Of a stretch of DNA of 64,000 bases, positions 41,378 to 51,552 are shown piece by piece (within the stretch, counting starts at the first letter, position 1; each line of letters starts with the position of its first letter). Position numbers and translations under genes: made by a program. The DNA is from an uncultured Holophaga sp. (GTDB lineage: Bacteria > Acidobacteriota > Holophagae > Holophagales > Holophagaceae). Where the stretch lies: contig OY761614.1 of the NCBI GenBank assembly GCA_963664825.1, positions 160,001-224,000 on the forward strand. The letters are read 5' to 3'. The notes beneath the pieces are model-generated. The model did not search any database, had not been told where the DNA came from, and saw only the letters and a program-made list of their open reading frames with translations.

Positions 41378-41694
41378 CGCGTCTTCTCCTCGGGCAGGAG
41401 CGCCCGCAATTGCGTGTGATAGGCCTTCAGCGCCACCCGGCCCTCCAGGGTGATGCGAAAGCTCGTGACGGGAATGCGTCCCCGGAAGGCCTTCACCGTC
41501 TCCAGGTAGCCCGCGACCTCCAGCTTCTGCGTGTGGCTCGACAGATTGCCCTTGCTGAGGCCCGTGACCCGCTGGAGGAAGAGGAATTCCACTTCCTCGG
41601 CCGCGGAAAGCACCGTGAGGATGGCCAACCGCGCCGGTTCGTGGACCATGCGGTCCAGGTTGAGGATGGGCTGGAGATCGGGCTCACGAGACAT
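41374..41694 (-). CDS. Winged-helix (MarR/ArsR-like) transcriptional regulator
   Basis: LD..VHEPARLAIL..L, F..L....GLSKGNLSSH..KLE.AGY, T..GR.AL..Y. Confidence 0.88.
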   Translation of the reverse strand: MSREPDLQPILNLDRMVHEPARLAILTVLSAAEEVEFLFLQRVTGLSKGNLSSHTQKLEVAGYLETVKAFRGRIPVTSFRITLEGRVALKAYHTQLRALLPEEKTR

Positions 41695-41706
41695 GGGCGG
41701 TTCGTC

Positions 41707-41747
41707 TTTACAAAAACAAGTTTGTATAGCAAACTTGTTTTTGTAAA
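41707..41747. promoter_or_regulatory. 18-bp perfect inverted repeat, probable operator
   Basis: tttacaaaaacaagtttg-tatag-caaacttgtttttgtaaa; AT-rich, between the divergent regulator and ltaE. Confidence 0.7.
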
Positions 41748-41804
41748 CCCAAATAATCAACCATGTTTCAATTACCCGGAATTCAAACCCTTTGCGGAGT
41801 CCCC

Positions 41805-42857
41805 ATGCGCCTTCTCGATTTCCGTTCTGATACGGTCACGGCCCCTACTCCCGAGATGCGGGCCGCCATGGCGGCAGCGGAAGTGGCCGACGATGTGCTG
41901 GAGCGCGATCCCACCATGGACCGCCTGGAACGGCGGGTGGCGGAGCTGCTCGGCCAGGAGGCGGCGCTCTGGACGCCCACGGGATGCATGGCTAACGCCA
42001 TCGCCATGCTGCTACACCTCCGGCGGGGAGATCGCTTCCTGGCACCAATGGCGGCCCACGTTCTGGGTTCGGAACTGGGCACGGCGGCCTGGCTGGCGGG
42101 AGGCATGCCGGAAGCTCTTGCCTGGGAGGGCGGCCCCGGCAAGCCCACACCCATGCAGGTGATGCGCGCGGCGGGAAATCCGGGGCCCTACTATGGGCTC
42201 AGGACCACGCTGCTCTGCCTGGAAAACACACACAACTTCGCCGGAGGCACTTGCACCAGCGCCACGGAACACCGCGCCCTGGTGGAAGGGGCCCAGACCA
42301 AGCAGCTCAAAGTCCACTTGGACGGCGCCCGACTCTGGCACGCGGCCGCCTCCACGGGCGCTTCCCCGGCCGATCTGGCCTGGGGCGTGGATACCGTGAG
42401 TGTCTGCCTCTCCAAGGGCCTGGGGGCCCCCATGGGGTCCCTGCTCTGCGGGAGCCGCGAGACGATCGAAGAGGCCCGGCGCCTCCGCAAGATGCTCGGC
42501 GGCGGCGTCCGCCAGGGCGGCGTGGTGGCTGCCGCGGGTCTGGTGGCGCTCGATTATCTCCCCAGACTCCCCGAGGACCACGCCAAGGCCGCGCGTCTCG
42601 CGGCGGGACTCCGCGCCATGGGCTTCAACGTACAGGAGCCCGAGACCAATATCCTGCTGGTGCCCGTGGTGGATATCCCGCTCTCCCTGAGTCTGATGGA
42701 GGATGCAGGCGTGCGGGTGCTGCCCGTGGGTTCAAGCCTGCGCTTCATCACCCACCGGGACCTCAAGGCCATCGATATCGACGAGGCCCTGGTGCGCATG
42801 CAGCCCCTGGTTGCCCAGATGCTCACCACCTGGGAGGGCGACCGGCCCATGGTCTGA
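41805..42857 (+). CDS. ltaE: Low-specificity L-threonine aldolase
   Basis: DFRSDTVT.PT..MR, LENTHN, HLDGARL, CLSKGLGAP.GS. Confidence 0.92.
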   Translation: MRLLDFRSDTVTAPTPEMRAAMAAAEVADDVLERDPTMDRLERRVAELLGQEAALWTPTGCMANAIAMLLHLRRGDRFLAPMAAHVLGSELGTAAWLAGGMPEALAWEGGPGKPTPMQVMRAAGNPGPYYGLRTTLLCLENTHNFAGGTCTSATEHRALVEGAQTKQLKVHLDGARLWHAAASTGASPADLAWGVDTVSVCLSKGLGAPMGSLLCGSRETIEEARRLRKMLGGGVRQGGVVAAAGLVALDYLPRLPEDHAKAARLAAGLRAMGFNVQEPETNILLVPVVDIPLSLSLMEDAGVRVLPVGSSLRFITHRDLKAIDIDEALVRMQPLVAQMLTTWEGDRPMV

Positions 42858-42984
42858 CCGGAGAGCCCCTCCGGAACCACTTCCTAGCGGTGGGAGAAGC
42901 CCGCCCAGCGTTGTTTCCGCGGGAGCAGGGCTCTTCCCCGTAGCCTGGATGCATCGTCGCAATGCGATGCAAAAAGGAGATCCC

Positions 42985-44376
42985 ATGCCCCTCCGCCTGA
43001 CCCCTCTGCTCGTCCCTTGCCTGGCCCTGACCCTCTCCGGGGCGGAGGACCGCACAGAAGCCCTGATGAAGACCGTCACCGAACTCAGCAGCCCAGCCAT
43101 GAAGGGCCGTCTGACGGGCAGCGAATCCGGTCGCCTCGCCGAAGCCTGGGTCGAAAAGGCCATGGGAAGCCTGCCCCTGGAACTGAAGACCCAGGAGGTG
43201 CGCTTCCCCCTCTACGAGGTCCTCTCCCCCACCGCCCTGGCCCTGGTGGACGCCAAGGGCGCGCCGCTGAGGAGCTTCTCCTACATCACGGAATTCCGGG
43301 AGATCCAGTACTCCGGTTCCGGAGACGTCACGGGGGAGCTCGTCTTCCTGGGGCACGGCGTGGATGCGCCGGGCTTCAGCCCCTACGGCCAGGTGGACGC
43401 GAAGGGAAAGGTCGTGGTGCTGCTGTGGGGACTGCCCAAGGGGGCTCCCACGGCCCAGGCTTACCTGGACGCCAAGCTCCACGCCGCCTGGGCCCACGGG
43501 GCCAAGGCCGTGATCCTGGTGCCCACCGGCAGCATGGCCAAGAGCATCGAGGAGCGGGGCGATGAGGCTGTGGTGCGGGCCCTGGGCCCCACGCAGGCCC
43601 TCAACCCCGAGCGCTTCCATGGGGATCTCCCCGGGGTCTTCCTGCGGAAGGCCGCCGTGGAGGCCATCCTGGGCACGACGACGGAGGCCCTGACAGCGGA
43701 TCCCACTCCGAAGATCCTGGGCCGGTCGATCCACCTCCTGCTCCGGGCGCGCATGAACCGGGAGGCCCGGAGCCGGAACGTCTTCGGCATCCTGAAGGGC
43801 CGGGATCCCCAGCTGGCCAAGGAGGTCGTCCTCCTGGGCGCCCACTATGACCATCTGGGCATGGGGGCCGATGGCCGTATCTTCCCCGGCGCCTCCGACA
43901 ACGCCTCGGGCACGGCAGTGCTGCTGGAGGCCGCCCGGGCCCTCGCCACCTCCGGCCTGTGCCCCAAGCGCACCCTAGTCTTTGCCCTGTGGTGCGGGGA
44001 GGAACAGGGCCTCTACGGATCCCGGTTCTACGCGGAGCAGGCGCCCCTCTGGCCCCTCCAGGACACCAAGCTGATGGTCCAGCTGGACGACGTGGGCGGC
44101 AAGGAGCTCGCCCTCAGCAACGTGAACGACAACCCGCTGCTGCAGGCCTTCGCCGGCCAAGCTATCCGTGAGGGACGCCTCACGCCCGTGGACTGGGGCG
44201 GCCAGGGCGCCAGTGACGACGTGCCCTTCCTGGCCAAGAAGATCCCCGCCTACCGCTTCGTGGCCCCCGGTGACCACCACCACAGGGCCACGGACACCCC
44301 CGCCATCGTGGACCGGGCAGGGCTCAGGAAGGTGGCTGATATCGTCATCGAGGGCTTGAAGGCCGTGGCGTTCTAA
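42985..44376 (+). CDS. M28 family aminopeptidase with PA domain, exported
   Basis: GAHYDHLG, GASDNASG, GEEQGLYGS, SDD.PF, HH..TDT; signal peptide. Confidence 0.9.
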   Translation: MPLRLTPLLVPCLALTLSGAEDRTEALMKTVTELSSPAMKGRLTGSESGRLAEAWVEKAMGSLPLELKTQEVRFPLYEVLSPTALALVDAKGAPLRSFSYITEFREIQYSGSGDVTGELVFLGHGVDAPGFSPYGQVDAKGKVVVLLWGLPKGAPTAQAYLDAKLHAAWAHGAKAVILVPTGSMAKSIEERGDEAVVRALGPTQALNPERFHGDLPGVFLRKAAVEAILGTTTEALTADPTPKILGRSIHLLLRARMNREARSRNVFGILKGRDPQLAKEVVLLGAHYDHLGMGADGRIFPGASDNASGTAVLLEAARALATSGLCPKRTLVFALWCGEEQGLYGSRFYAEQAPLWPLQDTKLMVQLDDVGGKELALSNVNDNPLLQAFAGQAIREGRLTPVDWGGQGASDDVPFLAKKIPAYRFVAPGDHHHRATDTPAIVDRAGLRKVADIVIEGLKAVAF

Positions 44377-44724
44377 TACCAGAGTGCTTTCAAGGAAGGG
44401 CCTTGCGGGAGCAAAAACCTTAGAGCAACAGCTCGGGAAGTGCCTCTTGGAGCCATTTCCCGAGGCGAGCGGCCTTGAGAACCGGGATTTGTTTGATCCC
44501 CATTGAAGGCGGCTTGGTCTTGGGATCACCCCAACGCGCGCCGTTCTAGGTGCTTTAGGAAAGCCGCCGCCTCGGCGGAGAGCTGGGCGCGGCCCTGAAG
44601 AGCAAGCCCAGCGGGACATTCGGGCCTTCTTCAGGGCATCCCCCAGCCGACAACCGGAGTCCCAACGTTCCATCGAAATCCCCCCTTCTGACATGCTTGA
44701 AATCAAGATATCCAAGGAGTCCCC

Positions 44725-45285
44725 ATGAACCTGCGCCTTCTGCCCCTGTCCTTCGCCTTGGCTGGAGCCCTGCTCTCGCCCGCCCACGCCGAGAATCCCA
44801 AGGTGGCCCTCCTGGCCAAGGAGGGCCACTGGGTCGAGAAGGGCTGGCCCGCCCATGGGCCCATGCTGGGCCAAATGGCGCCCAGGCTCGAGCTCTTCGG
44901 ATGGATCAACGGCGAAGTGCAGCCCCAGGCCATGAAGGGCCAGATCGTCGTGGTGGATTTCTGGGCCACCTGGTGCGGTCCCTGCAAGCGGGCCATCCCC
45001 CACAACAACGAGATCCTGAAGAAATACGCTGGGAAGGGTGTATTGGTCATCGGCGCCTGTGGCAGCGGGCGGGGCGAGGAGAAGATGGCCGAGACCGCAC
45101 GCCAACTCAAGGCGGAGTATCCCAACGCCCGGGCCTCCAAGGCCTGCACCGAGGCCTGGAAGGTCCAGTGGTGGCCCACCTACGCCGTCATCGATCGCGC
45201 GGGGAAGCTGCGCGCCCTGGGCATCCAGCCCGAATACGTGGAAAAGGTGCTGGACGCCCTCCTGGAGGAGCAGCGCACCCGCTGA
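44725..45285 (+). CDS. TlpA-like thiol:disulfide oxidoreductase
   Basis: Signal peptide, [19 protein letters not shown]. Confidence 0.88.
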   Translation: MNLRLLPLSFALAGALLSPAHAENPKVALLAKEGHWVEKGWPAHGPMLGQMAPRLELFGWINGEVQPQAMKGQIVVVDFWATWCGPCKRAIPHNNEILKKYAGKGVLVIGACGSGRGEEKMAETARQLKAEYPNARASKACTEAWKVQWWPTYAVIDRAGKLRALGIQPEYVEKVLDALLEEQRTR

Positions 45286-45342
45286 AGGGATGGGTCCGCT
45301 AGCCAAGGGTAGGCCTCCAATCCAGATCGAAGCCCCTTCGGG

Positions 45343-45384
45343 TAAGACGAAGCGCCCTACTGGGCGCCTCGTCTTATTATTTTT
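45343..45384. terminator. Hairpin terminator between convergent genes
   Basis: taagacgaagcgccc-tact-gggcgcctcgtctta followed by a T-rich run. Confidence 0.8.
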
Positions 45385-45395
45385 GCAATTCAATT

Positions 45396-46616
45396 TCAGA
45401 AGGCCACCTGGAAGGCGACCATCAGGGTGTCCCCGCCCTGCTCCGAGGTCTGGGAGACGTTGGGCTTCAGGAAGTTCTTGTTGCGGGCGATGTAGTTCAC
45501 CTTGATATTGGCTGCCTTCACCTTCTCGGGCTTGAAGGCGTAGGTGTAGCCCAGGGTGATCTCCGTGAACTTGGGCGTGTAGTCCGTGGCGGCGCTGACG
45601 TAAGGGCTGGTGGCGGTGTACCAGTCGTCGCCGCAGTTGTAGTTCAGCAGATCGTAGCGGGCCAGAATCGTATGGGCGCCCATCTTGTAGCCAACGGTGG
45701 CGTAGTAGCCCGTGAACTTCTGGTCCAGGTGCTCCCGCTTGACCGCAGTCCCCAGGCTTGGGAAACGACGGCCCAAGAGGCCTGTGATGCACTCAGCGTT
45801 GAGGATCCAATCCTCGTTCTGAAATTCGTAGAACGCGCCCATATTGGTGGTCTTGTCCTTGTTATCGTAGATGGCCTGCTGGGTGACGCCGGGCCACGTC
45901 GCGCCGGGGACGGCGGGAGCGATGGCGATGCCGGTCTTGTCGGTGACGTCCGTCGTGCCCTGGAGCGTGTATACGCCGAACTTGTGTTCTTTCCCAATGT
46001 TCAGATCCAGGCGGGCGATGAGGTCCTTCTGGGCGTTGGCGTCGCCCACCTTGCCCTTGGCGGCGCTATCGGTCATGCCGTTCACGGCACCCAGGGAGAA
46101 CTTGGCGCCGAAGCCCTTGGGATCGCCGAAGGCGTAGGAGGCGATGGCACCGCGATCGCGCTTATCGCCGAAGACCCGGCCCAACTGAGAGCGCTCCGCG
46201 AAGAGCAGCTCCGTTGAAGAAATATTGCCCTCCATGGTCTGAAGGGTCTTGAACTGGCCGACCTTCAAGTCGAAGCCGGGAGCGAAGGCGTATTTGATGA
46301 AGGCGTCCTGCAGGATCATGGGCTCGGCGTTGGGGTCGGTCTTGATGGAGGGATCGAACATCACCTCGTATTCCACATCGTCGACGATCTTCCCGAAGAG
46401 CTTGATCTCGGCGCGGCGAATATTGAAGCCGTTCTCCTTGTACTCGGAGCGCAGATTGTAGTAGTTCGCCACGGTGTTCTGGCGAAGGTTGCTATCCAGC
46501 ATCTGGGTGTACCAGACCTGCACATCGCCCCCCACCTTCACGTCCTGGGCCTGGGCCGTGGAGACAGCGGCCAGCACCAGGGCTATGCCCGTAAACAGAC
46601 GAAGACGCTTGGACAT
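45396..46616 (-). CDS. Outer-membrane porin, probably phosphate-selective (OprO/OprP-like)
   Basis: Signal peptide, FNIRRAEIK..G, LQDAFI, KVGQFK, C-terminal Phe; lies downstream of pst-phoU. Confidence 0.75.
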   Translation of the reverse strand: MSKRLRLFTGIALVLAAVSTAQAQDVKVGGDVQVWYTQMLDSNLRQNTVANYYNLRSEYKENGFNIRRAEIKLFGKIVDDVEYEVMFDPSIKTDPNAEPMILQDAFIKYAFAPGFDLKVGQFKTLQTMEGNISSTELLFAERSQLGRVFGDKRDRGAIASYAFGDPKGFGAKFSLGAVNGMTDSAAKGKVGDANAQKDLIARLDLNIGKEHKFGVYTLQGTTDVTDKTGIAIAPAVPGATWPGVTQQAIYDNKDKTTNMGAFYEFQNEDWILNAECITGLLGRRFPSLGTAVKREHLDQKFTGYYATVGYKMGAHTILARYDLLNYNCGDDWYTATSPYVSAATDYTPKFTEITLGYTYAFKPEKVKAANIKVNYIARNKNFLKPNVSQTSEQGGDTLMVAFQVAF

Positions 46617-46706
46617 AAAGTCCTCCGTATAAGCTCCGGCCTTGACCGGAAGTGGGATGTCCTGAATCAGCCTTCCGCTGGGACACCTCCATCCTCCCGC
46701 CCCTCT

Positions 46707-46755
46707 GTGAAGACCCCGTGCAGGTTCGGCAACAAGGCGGAGACACCTCTGCAAC
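46707..46755 (-). promoter_or_regulatory. Degenerate 11-bp-periodic Pho-box-like array upstream of the porin
   Basis: + strand gtgaa/gtgca/gcaac/gagac/gcaac at 46707, 46718, 46729, 46740, 46751. Confidence 0.4.
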
Positions 46756-46891
46756 GAACCCGCGGGCGCACCCACGCATTCAGGACGGGAACACGTGGCA
46801 CCCGTACACAGGAACGGAACCACGGAGCCCAGGGAAAGGGCAGCCTTCGTTCCCTGGATGCTCCGTAGTTCTCGCCTTCCTGTAACGCGAC

Positions 46892-47578
46892 TCAGTCCGC
46901 TTCAGGCCCCAGGCTCTCCGGGTGCCGGATATCGGTGCCATGGGTCAGGAACACCACCATCTCCGCCAGGTTGGTGGCGTGGTCGCCGATGCGCTCCAGG
47001 TACTTGGCGATGGACTGCACGCCCATGCCCCGCTGGATGGCGCTGCGATCCTCCATCATCACGAGCAGGGTCTGGTGGAAGATCTGGACGTAATTGGCGT
47101 CCACATTGCGATCCCGCTCGATCACCCACTGGGCCTTGGCGGAATCCGAGGCCACGAAGGCGTCGAGGGCATCGCGCACCATGCCCTGCACGGTGTCGGC
47201 CATCTTGAGGATATCCGGCCAGGGGTGCCTGGGCGGATCCGAGGCCAGATCCAGCACACGCTCGCAGATATTGACCGCGAGATCCCCGATGCGCTCCAGG
47301 TCCGTGACCAGCTTGAGGGCGGTGGTGATGAAGCGCAGATCGGAAGCCACCGGCTGGCGACGGGCGAGGATGCTCAGGCAGAAGCCGTCGATCTCCACTT
47401 CCAGACGGTTGATGTCGTGATCGAGCTCCATGGTGCGCTGGGCCTGCTCGCAGTCCTGGGCGTTGAAGGCCCGCACGCTCGCGGCCACCATGGCCTCGAC
47501 CTTGGCGCCCATGAGGAGGATCGTCTCCCGGAGGCTGGCCAGTTCGGTTTCGTATTCCCTATCGGTGTGCTGCACCAT
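46892..47578 (-). CDS. phoU: Phosphate signalling protein PhoU
   Basis: ARRQPVASDLR, DLERIGD, LERIGDHATNLAE. Confidence 0.95.
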   Translation of the reverse strand: MVQHTDREYETELASLRETILLMGAKVEAMVAASVRAFNAQDCEQAQRTMELDHDINRLEVEIDGFCLSILARRQPVASDLRFITTALKLVTDLERIGDLAVNICERVLDLASDPPRHPWPDILKMADTVQGMVRDALDAFVASDSAKAQWVIERDRNVDANYVQIFHQTLLVMMEDRSAIQRGMGVQSIAKYLERIGDHATNLAEMVVFLTHGTDIRHPESLGPEAD

Positions 47579-47675
47579 GTCCCATCCTCGAGCCGATCTG
47601 CGTTCATGACCTGGAATCAACACCTCAGGGAGATCCCTGCCTTGTTGGCCTTGCCTTTTCCAATGTCCAACGGGA

Positions 47676-48524
47676 TCAACCGAAGCGGCCCGTGATGTAG
47701 TCTTCGGTGCGCCGGTCCGCGGGCCGCGTGAAGAGGGCATCGGTGGCGTTATATTCCACCAGATCCCCCATGTATAGGAAGGCGGTGTTGTGGGAGACCC
47801 GCGCCGCCTGCTGCATGCTGTGGGTGACGATCACGATGGTGTATTTCTGCCCCAGTTCATGGATGAGCTCCTCCACCTTGGCGGTGGCGATGGGGTCCAG
47901 GGCCGAGCAGGGTTCGTCCATCAGGAGCACCTCGGGCTCCAGGGCCAGGGCCCGGGCGATGCAGAGGCGCTGCTGCTGGCCACCCGAGAGGCTCGCCCCG
48001 TTGCGGCCGAGAGAATCCTTAACCTCGGTCCAGAGGGCCGCTTGGGTGAGGGCACTCTCCACCAGATCGTCCGGGTGCTTCACCCGGAGGCCCGCCAGCT
48101 TCCATCCCGCCAGCACGTTATCCCGGATGCTGAGGGTGGGAAAGGGGTTGGGCCGCTGGAAGACCATCCCCACCCGGCGGCGCAGGGCGACGGGATCCAT
48201 ACCCCGGCGATAGACATCCTCATCGTCCAGCAGCACCCGCCCATCCATCCTCGCGCCGGGAATCACTTCGTGCAGACGATTCAGGCAGCGGATGAAGGTG
48301 GACTTCCCGCAGCCCGAGGGGCCGATCAGCGCCGTGACCCGCTTCTCCTGCACGGGCAGCGAGATGCCATTGAGGACCTGGTGCTTGCCGAACCAGGCGC
48401 GCAAGCCTTCGGTCTGCATCTTCCGGGGAACAAGGGCGCTCACCGGCGCGTCCCCATGAGTTGAAGGGGCTGGAGCAATCAAGGGCAGGTCTTCCATCGG
48501 CATCGTCTCGAGAAGGGGGGTCAT
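47676..48524 (-). CDS. pstB: Phosphate ABC transporter ATPase
   Basis: [44 protein letters not shown]. Confidence 0.97.
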   Translation of the reverse strand: MTPLLETMPMEDLPLIAPAPSTHGDAPVSALVPRKMQTEGLRAWFGKHQVLNGISLPVQEKRVTALIGPSGCGKSTFIRCLNRLHEVIPGARMDGRVLLDDEDVYRRGMDPVALRRRVGMVFQRPNPFPTLSIRDNVLAGWKLAGLRVKHPDDLVESALTQAALWTEVKDSLGRNGASLSGGQQQRLCIARALALEPEVLLMDEPCSALDPIATAKVEELIHELGQKYTIVIVTHSMQQAARVSHNTAFLYMGDLVEYNATDALFTRPADRRTEDYITGRFG

Positions 48525-48528
48525 CGAT

Positions 48529-49374
48529 CTATCTCCCTTGGCTACCCGGCTGGCGGGTCAGGGTGCGGGCCAGGACATTGAGCATGAGCACCAGCAGGAC
48601 CAGGGCCAGGGCCGCGGCCCAAGCCTGCCTGTGCCATTCCTCGTAGGGGGACACGGCGTAGGTGTAGATCTGCACCGGCAGGGAGCCCATGGGCTGGTCG
48701 AGCTTGAGGGCCATGAAATTGCACCCGAAGGCCGTGAAGAGGAGGGGCGCGGTTTCACCGGCGGCCCGGGCCACGGCGAGCATGATGCCCGTGGCGATGC
48801 CGGGAGCCCCGGTGCGCAGCACCACGCCCAGGATCACGCGCCATTTGGGAATCCCAAGGGCCAACCCCGCTTCCCGCAGGGCGTCCGGCACGAGCCGGAG
48901 CAGTTCCTCCGTGGTCCGCATGACCGTGGGCAGCATGAGGATGGCCAGGGCCACGCCTCCCGCCAGGGCCGAGAAACGGTGCATGGAGAGGACCAGGATC
49001 GCATAGACGAAGATGCCGACGGTGATGGAGGGCACCCCCGACATCACATCGGCGGCGAAGCGGACGGTCTTTCCCAACGCATTGTGGCCGAATTCCGCCA
49101 GATAGACGCCCCCCAGCACCCCCACGGGGATCCCGAAGGCACACGCCAGCCCCACCAGGATCAAGGATCCCGCGAAGGCGTTCGCCATGCCGCCCCCACT
49201 CTCCCCGATCGGCTTGGGCAGCTGGGTGAAGAGCTCCCAATTGAGCCCACCGAGGCCTCTGACGCAGAGATCGAAGAGGACACATGCCAGGGGCACGAGG
49301 GCCAGTACCACCATGCCCAAGCAGGCCCAGCGTGCCGCGATATCCAGGTAACTCCGACGCCGATGCTTATCCAT
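48529..49374 (-). CDS. pstA: Phosphate ABC transporter permease
   Basis: [15 protein letters not shown]. Confidence 0.95.
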   Translation of the reverse strand: MDKHRRRSYLDIAARWACLGMVVLALVPLACVLFDLCVRGLGGLNWELFTQLPKPIGESGGGMANAFAGSLILVGLACAFGIPVGVLGGVYLAEFGHNALGKTVRFAADVMSGVPSITVGIFVYAILVLSMHRFSALAGGVALAILMLPTVMRTTEELLRLVPDALREAGLALGIPKWRVILGVVLRTGAPGIATGIMLAVARAAGETAPLLFTAFGCNFMALKLDQPMGSLPVQIYTYAVSPYEEWHRQAWAAALALVLLVLMLNVLARTLTRQPGSQGR

Positions 49375-50363
49375 CAGGCCCCCTTGGGCACACGGCCCAC
49401 ACGCCAGATGAGCAGGCGGGCGAGGATATTGAGTAAGACCGTCACGGCGAAGAGGATCAGCGCGATCTCCATCAGGGAGGCGTGGTAGAGATCCCCGGAG
49501 GCCTCGGCATATTCATTGGCCAGCACGCTGGCCAGGGTATGGGAGGGATTGAAGAGGGAGAGGCTGATATCGGCCCGATTCCCGATGACCATGGTGACGG
49601 CCATGGTCTCCCCAAGAGCCCGCCCCAGGCCGAGGATCACGGCGCCCACCACCCCTGAGGTCGCCGAGGGCAGGACGGCCTTGCTGACCATCTCCCAGCG
49701 GGTGGTGCCCAGAGCGAGCGCCCCCTCCCGAATGGAATTGGGAACGGCCTGCAGCACATCGCGGCTCACGGAGGCGATGGTGGGCAGGATCATGATGGCC
49801 AGGACCAGGACGCCTGCCATCAGGCCGAAACCCCGGGGCGTGCCCCGGAAGAAGGGCAGGAAGCCGAGCGTTTTCGCTAGGAAGGGTTGGATCGTGTCTC
49901 GTAGCCAGGGTGCCATCACGAAGACGCCCCACAGCCCATAGATCACGCTGGGAATGGCCGCCAGCAGCTCCACCAGGAAGCCCAAGGGACGGCGCAACCA
50001 CAAGGGAGAGAGTTCCGCCAGATAGATGGCGATGCCCAGGGCCACCGGGACCGCCAGCAGAAGGGCCAGGAGGGAAGAGATCACCGTCCCGTAGATATAG
50101 GGGAGGGCACCGAAGGAATCCTGGACGGGATCCCAATCCAGGCCCGTGATGAAGCGCCAGCCGAAGGTCTTGAGGGCCGGGATCGACTCCTTGAAGATCA
50201 CATAGGCCATTGCAACCAGGAGCAGGATGGCCGCCAGCGCAAACAGGGAGGTGAGGACCTGGAAGAGGCGGTCGGGGACATTCCCCGCCCCTCCCTGGAC
50301 CAGCCCGAGGCGGGCCATCCAGGAGGGGCGGAGCTCCATATCGGCTTCCTTCATTGCCTTCAT
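49374..50363 (-). CDS. pstC: Phosphate ABC transporter permease
   Basis: ELLAAIPSVIYGLWG, GRALGETMAV. Confidence 0.95.
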   Translation of the reverse strand: MKAMKEADMELRPSWMARLGLVQGGAGNVPDRLFQVLTSLFALAAILLLVAMAYVIFKESIPALKTFGWRFITGLDWDPVQDSFGALPYIYGTVISSLLALLLAVPVALGIAIYLAELSPLWLRRPLGFLVELLAAIPSVIYGLWGVFVMAPWLRDTIQPFLAKTLGFLPFFRGTPRGFGLMAGVLVLAIMILPTIASVSRDVLQAVPNSIREGALALGTTRWEMVSKAVLPSATSGVVGAVILGLGRALGETMAVTMVIGNRADISLSLFNPSHTLASVLANEYAEASGDLYHASLMEIALILFAVTVLLNILARLLIWRVGRVPKGA

Positions 50364-50384
50364 CCGAATTCCCGTCCCCGCCGA

Positions 50385-51422
50385 CTACTTCTTGAGGAGC
50401 TGCTGGCCCGAGGCCTTCAGCGTCCTGAGCTTGGCTTCGATCCTGGGCACCATGTCCTTGGTGGGAAGGGGCGCGTAGTCTAGGGCGGCGGCGAACTTCT
50501 GGCCCTCATGGGTGGCCCACCACAGAAAATCAGCCAGGACCCTGCCCTTGGTGGGGTCCTGCTGGCCCTGGTAGACGAGGATGTAGCTGAAGGAGGAGAT
50601 GGGATAATCCTTGGCCCCAGGTCCATCGGTGATGGAGAGGCAGAGGTCTCCGGGAATCGCATTGCCCGAGGCTGCGGACGTGACGCCTGCGGGGGTGGGC
50701 ACCACGAACTTGCCGACCCGGTTCCGGATGGCGGCCATCGCTAGACTGTTCTGCTTGGCATAGGCCAGTTCCAGGTAGCCGATGGCACCGGGTGTGCCCT
50801 TGACGAGCCCGGTCACGCCCTCATTGCCCTTGGCGCCCAGGCCCGTGGGGAACTTGACGCTCTTTCCGGCCCCCACCTTGGACTTCCAGTCCAGGCTGAC
50901 CTTGGCTAAATATTCGGTGAAGACCGCAGTGGTGCCGCTGCCATCCGTCCGATAAGCCACGGTGATGGGCGTGGCAGGCAACTTCACGCCTGGGTTCAGG
51001 CTGGCCAACCGGGCATCGTTCCAGGTGGTGATATAGCCCAGGAAGATATTGGAAATGACTTCGGGGGTGAGCTTGAGGCCCTGGCCGACGCCGGGCACAT
51101 GGTAGGCAACCACGACGGCCCCAAGGGTCATGGGGATGTGGTGGAGCGTGCCCTTGACCTTGGAGAGTTCGGAAGCCGACATTGGCGCATCCGTGCCGCC
51201 AAAGTCCACGGTGCGCATGGTGATCTGCTTGATGCCACCCCCGCTGCCGATGGCCTGGTAGTTGATATTCACTCCTGGATTCACCTTCCGGTACTCGCTG
51301 ATCCACTTGGAATAGAGCGGGTAGGGGAAACTGGCGCCCGCACCCTGGATCACGGTCTGGGCCTGGAGCCCCAGGGAGCATAGCACTGCACCGAGCAGGG
51401 CCGTTCGAAGCTTGTTCATCAT
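50385..51422 (-). CDS. pstS: Phosphate ABC transporter substrate-binding protein
   Basis: GAGASFPYPLY, IGSGGG, RTDGSGTT, YPI. Confidence 0.96.
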   Translation of the reverse strand: MMNKLRTALLGAVLCSLGLQAQTVIQGAGASFPYPLYSKWISEYRKVNPGVNINYQAIGSGGGIKQITMRTVDFGGTDAPMSASELSKVKGTLHHIPMTLGAVVVAYHVPGVGQGLKLTPEVISNIFLGYITTWNDARLASLNPGVKLPATPITVAYRTDGSGTTAVFTEYLAKVSLDWKSKVGAGKSVKFPTGLGAKGNEGVTGLVKGTPGAIGYLELAYAKQNSLAMAAIRNRVGKFVVPTPAGVTSAASGNAIPGDLCLSITDGPGAKDYPISSFSYILVYQGQQDPTKGRVLADFLWWATHEGQKFAAALDYAPLPTKDMVPRIEAKLRTLKASGQQLLKK

Positions 51423-51453
51423 TTTGCCTCCAGGATCACGGTAAGGAAGCCAT

Positions 51454-51480
51454 GTGGCGTCCAGGTGACGGCGCCGCGAC
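51454..51480 (-). promoter_or_regulatory. Pho-box-like 11-bp direct repeats upstream of pstS
   Basis: Minus strand gtcgcggcgcc|gtcacctggac|gccac. Confidence 0.55.
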
Positions 51481-51552
51481 GATTCGGGAAACGTACAAGA
51501 ATCACGCCCGTTCCTGGGGGAAACGGGCGTGGGTTTGACCTCGAAGGAAATT

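Noticed and set aside
43975..45792. 605-aa minus-strand ORF and many other long overlapping ORFs (e.g. 2601..4145, 34621..36321, 58724..60370)
   Set aside because: Antisense or alternate-frame shadows of recognisable genes, as expected at high GC; no protein motifs.
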